A DNA stretch of 32,000 bases from Candidatus Heimdallarchaeota archaeon B3_Heim (lineage in GTDB: Archaea; Asgardarchaeota; Heimdallarchaeia; Hodarchaeales; Hodarchaeaceae). How positions within the stretch are numbered: position 1 is the stretch's first letter; each line of letters opens with the position of its first letter. A program made the position numbers and the translations under genes. The stretch lies in contig NJBF01000024.1 of the NCBI GenBank assembly GCA_003144275.1, positions 30,001-62,000 on the forward strand. Reading direction: 5' to 3'. Shown here one piece after another: positions 28,829-32,000 of this stretch. The notes under the pieces are model-generated. The model did not search any database. It had not been told where the DNA came from and saw only the letters and a program-made list of their open reading frames with translations.

Positions 28829-30084
28829 AATCATACTATGGGTTCTCACGTTTCTTGGAAGATTCTGAAGATTGGAAAGCTATTATGGGTGGGTTGCTAG
28901 TAGCGATTATTATTATTTCTACTGCTTGCGTTGGCATTTTTATTCTTAGTTCTCAACAAGCAATGATTTTGGAAGATACCCCACTCCGACAGGTAGAAGA
29001 TTTGCTTCATAACCAAGCAATAGAAAGCGCAGAATCTCTAGATGTGTTTTTTTCACGAATTGAAGGAATTACTAAGGTTGTTGGTGACTATGCTACCCAA
29101 TTGTGGGAAAAAAATGACTCTACTGGAAGACCAGTTTATTATCATAATTCAACATTTAATGCACCAACAGACTTCACTTATTCAGCTAAGCATTTCCAGG
29201 GTGTATCCTATACTTTTTCTGGTTATAAAGTCGCTCCCTCTGCTTACAACAACCAAAGTGATTACCTCACCCTAGCTGACGACCAAACTTTTGGTGATTG
29301 GTCTCCAGAAGTTACTCATACAATCAATCTATCAGCTGATATGGACTTCGTATTCCAACCTATGTATCAATCAATGGATGAAATTCTTTGGATTTACATG
29401 GGGACAGAGGTAGGTGTCCATCGATCTTATCCATATCACGGACCTTATAGCAAAGATTACGACCCCCGAATACGTTTATGGTATTTAACAGCTCTAGATA
29501 CAGCTACAGGAAAAGTAGCCTTTACGACGCCTTACGTCGATGCCAGTTCTGGAAAAGTAATTGTCACTAGCTTATATCCAGTTCGAGATCAGAGTGAGAC
29601 AACTATTGGAGTTGTAGGAATTGATTTCAAACTTACTACTATTCAATCAGCTGTAATGGAGATCAGTGTACGGAAAACTGGTAGAGCTTTTTTAATAAAT
29701 CGAGATTTTGAGGTACTAGCCCATCCTGCTCATACCTTACCAAACGCTACATGGCGAGAAACAGATCTCCAGGTACCTATTACAACGTTAGAGACGAATA
29801 ATGAAGAATTCCTTGATATTCTGGACCAAGCTCGAAATTACATTACAGTCCAAGAAATAATTGATTATGGTGGTTCCCTAGGAAAACAAATAGTTTCTTT
29901 GGTACCAATGAACAAAACTGATTTAATTCTCGGTTTAGCTCTTACACAACATGATACAACTGCCCCAACGGTCAAAATCTTTGAAAATTTCTTCTTTCTT
30001 GGACTAATAGCGATAGATATTGTGTTAGGGGTTGTAGTTGTAGCAGCATTTATTCAATATCGAAAGCTAGCTCACGAAATGTAA
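28825..30084 (+). CDS. Membrane-anchored dCache_1 amino-acid-sensor-type protein without VWA and without cytoplasmic output domain
   Basis: YDPRIRLWY-x-TTPYVDASSGKVIVT...GVVGIDF, GRAFLIN....VLAHP; TM at both ends. The likely start is the TTG at 28825, overlapping the upstream TGA (TTGA), with AGGAGG at 28812-28817. The ORF-track start at 28750 is unlikely. Confidence 0.88.
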   Translation: MKSYYGFSRFLEDSEDWKAIMGGLLVAIIIISTACVGIFILSSQQAMILEDTPLRQVEDLLHNQAIESAESLDVFFSRIEGITKVVGDYATQLWEKNDSTGRPVYYHNSTFNAPTDFTYSAKHFQGVSYTFSGYKVAPSAYNNQSDYLTLADDQTFGDWSPEVTHTINLSADMDFVFQPMYQSMDEILWIYMGTEVGVHRSYPYHGPYSKDYDPRIRLWYLTALDTATGKVAFTTPYVDASSGKVIVTSLYPVRDQSETTIGVVGIDFKLTTIQSAVMEISVRKTGRAFLINRDFEVLAHPAHTLPNATWRETDLQVPITTLETNNEEFLDILDQARNYITVQEIIDYGGSLGKQIVSLVPMNKTDLILGLALTQHDTTAPTVKIFENFFFLGLIAIDIVLGVVVVAAFIQYRKLAHEM

Positions 30085-30275
30085 AAGATGGATTTAAGAA
30101 ATAAGATCAGAATTACTAGTACTGAAGAGTGAAGTTACATCGTAGAGTTAGATATGAGAAACCGCTCTCATTAAACAGAATCTTATGGTTAGAAACTGAA
30201 TCTAATTCAAAAAAACTTCCAAAATTGATCACATCCCAAATCAAAATTCCATAAAGGGAATTGGGTTGTTCAGGA

Positions 30276-31745
30276 ATGGCAAAGAAGTATTATTGTGGCC
30301 TTTGCGAGACCAGTCATAATGCCCTAAAATCAAGACATCAGTGTAACCAATGTGCTCGTTTCTACTGTGATTCAGCACTAGAGGATGCACGAACAGTTGG
30401 TGTTACAACCTGCGTTTTTTGCGAAGGAAAATTATCTCCATTTTTTCTTACAACGAGCTTACAATATCTTGCGGAAGATAAAAGAGTAGTGGATTCTGAG
30501 GGGAATAGTGAGGATACAACAAGTTATTCAGAATTCAGTTTAACTCAAGAAAATCTGGAAATTTCTTCTGAATCGGCCACATTTCCTTCATATAATATTG
30601 AGATTGATCAAAGGGATTTGGAAATAATCTGGCTGCTGCAAGAAATAGTTGCCAAAGAGATTCCTTTAATAGAAAATGAAGATCTCATCCAAACAAATTC
30701 TGGATTCATTGTCAAAAATCAGCGTATCGTTGGTTTAAGCCTTTTCAAACTAGAGATAAGGCGAGTTCCTGTTGAGATTGGAGAATTAACAGAGTTAGAA
30801 AGGTTATTTTTACGAGAGAACAGAATTGATAAATTACCTGACTTGAGTAGTCTAAAGATCTTGCAAGAACTAGATCTAAGCTATAATCAATTAAGAGAAT
30901 TACCTGCTACTCTGGGTGATATCCCCTCCCTTACTACTCTGATTTTGAACAATAACCGACTAAAGAAAATTCCTATTTCTCTCACTAGCCTACAACTGAA
31001 GAAATTAAATTTGCAGGATAATCCTTGTTGGAATCATCAGCCTCGTAGTCGAAAATTGCAGCGTTGGATAGATAATTTAGTAAGTAATGGTTGTGAAGTA
31101 TTCGATACTCCTAGAGATGGTGAATACCTAAATATTGTCTTATCCCCAAGTGAAGTGGAATTCTTAGAAGAGATAGAACGATTAATTGATAAACAAATAA
31201 CGCATTCAGAAACAGCTGTCAATATATTAAATTTAGAACAATTAAAGAATTTTAAATTTGGATTTTGTTCTTCGTTCGAGAGAATTAAAGCTTTAGGATT
31301 AGGAAACCTAGGCCTTTCAACTTTACCACGTTCCATTCAGGGTTTAAATGCTATTGAAATGATAAATTTATCTCAAAATCGTTTTAGTCAACTTCCACTA
31401 GAATTATTTACCTTGGTGTCCTTACAAGGACTCAATTTAGAAGATAATATACTCGATACACTTGATAGCGGGATTAGAAGTTTAACAGAATTAAAAATAT
31501 TAGATCTACAAACGAATAATCTTAAACGAGTACCCAAATCGTTAGGAAATTTAAGAAAACTTGAAATTCTTATCTTGAAAGACAATGATCTTATATCACT
31601 TCCTTCTTCCCTTAAAGATCTTCAAAACCTCAAAATGATCGATCTTCGTGGGAATCCTATATGGAATGAACGAGAAGATCGGCGTGAATTACAAAAATGG
31701 ATTCGTGACTTAAAAAAACGACATTGTGAAATTGTAGGTTTATGA
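30276..31745 (+). CDS. Leucine-rich repeat protein with N-terminal RING-like zinc finger; two LRR modules
   Basis: CGLC-x12-CNQC-x4-CDSA-x11-CVFC, then LxxLxLxxNxLxxLP repeats in two blocks, each closed by L.(D/G)NP.WN...R.LQ.WI..L....CE. ATG 30276 is preferred to TTG 30261. Confidence 0.88.
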   Translation: MAKKYYCGLCETSHNALKSRHQCNQCARFYCDSALEDARTVGVTTCVFCEGKLSPFFLTTSLQYLAEDKRVVDSEGNSEDTTSYSEFSLTQENLEISSESATFPSYNIEIDQRDLEIIWLLQEIVAKEIPLIENEDLIQTNSGFIVKNQRIVGLSLFKLEIRRVPVEIGELTELERLFLRENRIDKLPDLSSLKILQELDLSYNQLRELPATLGDIPSLTTLILNNNRLKKIPISLTSLQLKKLNLQDNPCWNHQPRSRKLQRWIDNLVSNGCEVFDTPRDGEYLNIVLSPSEVEFLEEIERLIDKQITHSETAVNILNLEQLKNFKFGFCSSFERIKALGLGNLGLSTLPRSIQGLNAIEMINLSQNRFSQLPLELFTLVSLQGLNLEDNILDTLDSGIRSLTELKILDLQTNNLKRVPKSLGNLRKLEILILKDNDLISLPSSLKDLQNLKMIDLRGNPIWNEREDRRELQKWIRDLKKRHCEIVGL

Positions 31746-31781
31746 TCAGCATTTTCACTATTTTTATGATTACATTCAGGT

Positions 31782-32000
31782 TTATTTTTCAAGAACTATT
31801 CGAACAATATCTGCGTCTCTAAGAACATGACGTAGACCAACTTTCTGGCCGGGAAACTTAGCTGAACTACCCCAAATATTGGCAAAACGAAAATCATTCT
31901 TGAAACGACGGTGAAGCTTAATACAGATATCTTCAACCGTTGAATCCGTTGGAACAATCATCGGTTCATCAAAATCGGCCTTTTCTCCAGGTTTACGCAT
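31782..32000 (-). CDS. drg: C-terminal TGS domain of a DRG/Rbg-family GTPase (5' part outside the window)
   Basis: STVED.C.KLH..F...FRFA.IWG.SAKFPGQKVGL.HVL.D.DIV.I is the characteristic DRG TGS sequence. Confidence 0.9.
   Translation of the reverse strand: MRKPGEKADFDEPMIVPTDSTVEDICIKLHRRFKNDFRFANIWGSSAKFPGQKVGLRHVLRDADIVRIVLEK

Noticed and set aside
27041-30084. Chemotaxis receptors or sensor kinases
   Set aside because: No HAMP, MCP signalling or kinase domain follows TM2, and no che genes lie nearby in the window.

Overview
AT-rich archaeal DNA, very probably from an Asgard archaeon (Heimdallarchaeia/Hodarchaeales-like is an inference from the gene content: gelsolin, longin/uDENN, LRR and Cdc48 proteins). 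From left to right: (1) a giant 5'-truncated surface glycoprotein built from ~197-aa tandem repeats, with a cytoplasmic winged-helix-like tail; (2) a paralogous single-pass receptor-like protein whose cytoplasmic part is longin-like; (3) a uDENN/NPRL2-like longin protein; (4) a gelsolin protein with a Pro-rich linker; (5) metabolic and housekeeping genes (GH57, enoyl-CoA isomerase-like, SerRS); (6) a proteostasis cluster (hsp20, cdc48, PAC2); (7) GNAT, an MBL hydrolase interrupted by a single in-frame TAG, a tRNA-binding OB-fold protein and an apparently orphan N6-adenine methyltransferase; (8) the most striking element, a translationally coupled pair of membrane-anchored dCache_1 amino-acid-sensor proteins without cytoplasmic output domains. 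The first has a MIDAS-complete VWA domain inserted at the same position as in the eukaryotic calcium-channel alpha2delta/CACHD1 subunits, so the two genes together resemble a split alpha2delta; (9) a RING-like zinc finger-LRR protein and the 3' end of a DRG GTPase. I saw no rRNA, tRNA, CRISPR array or transposase. All family calls come from manual motif reading, not database searches.
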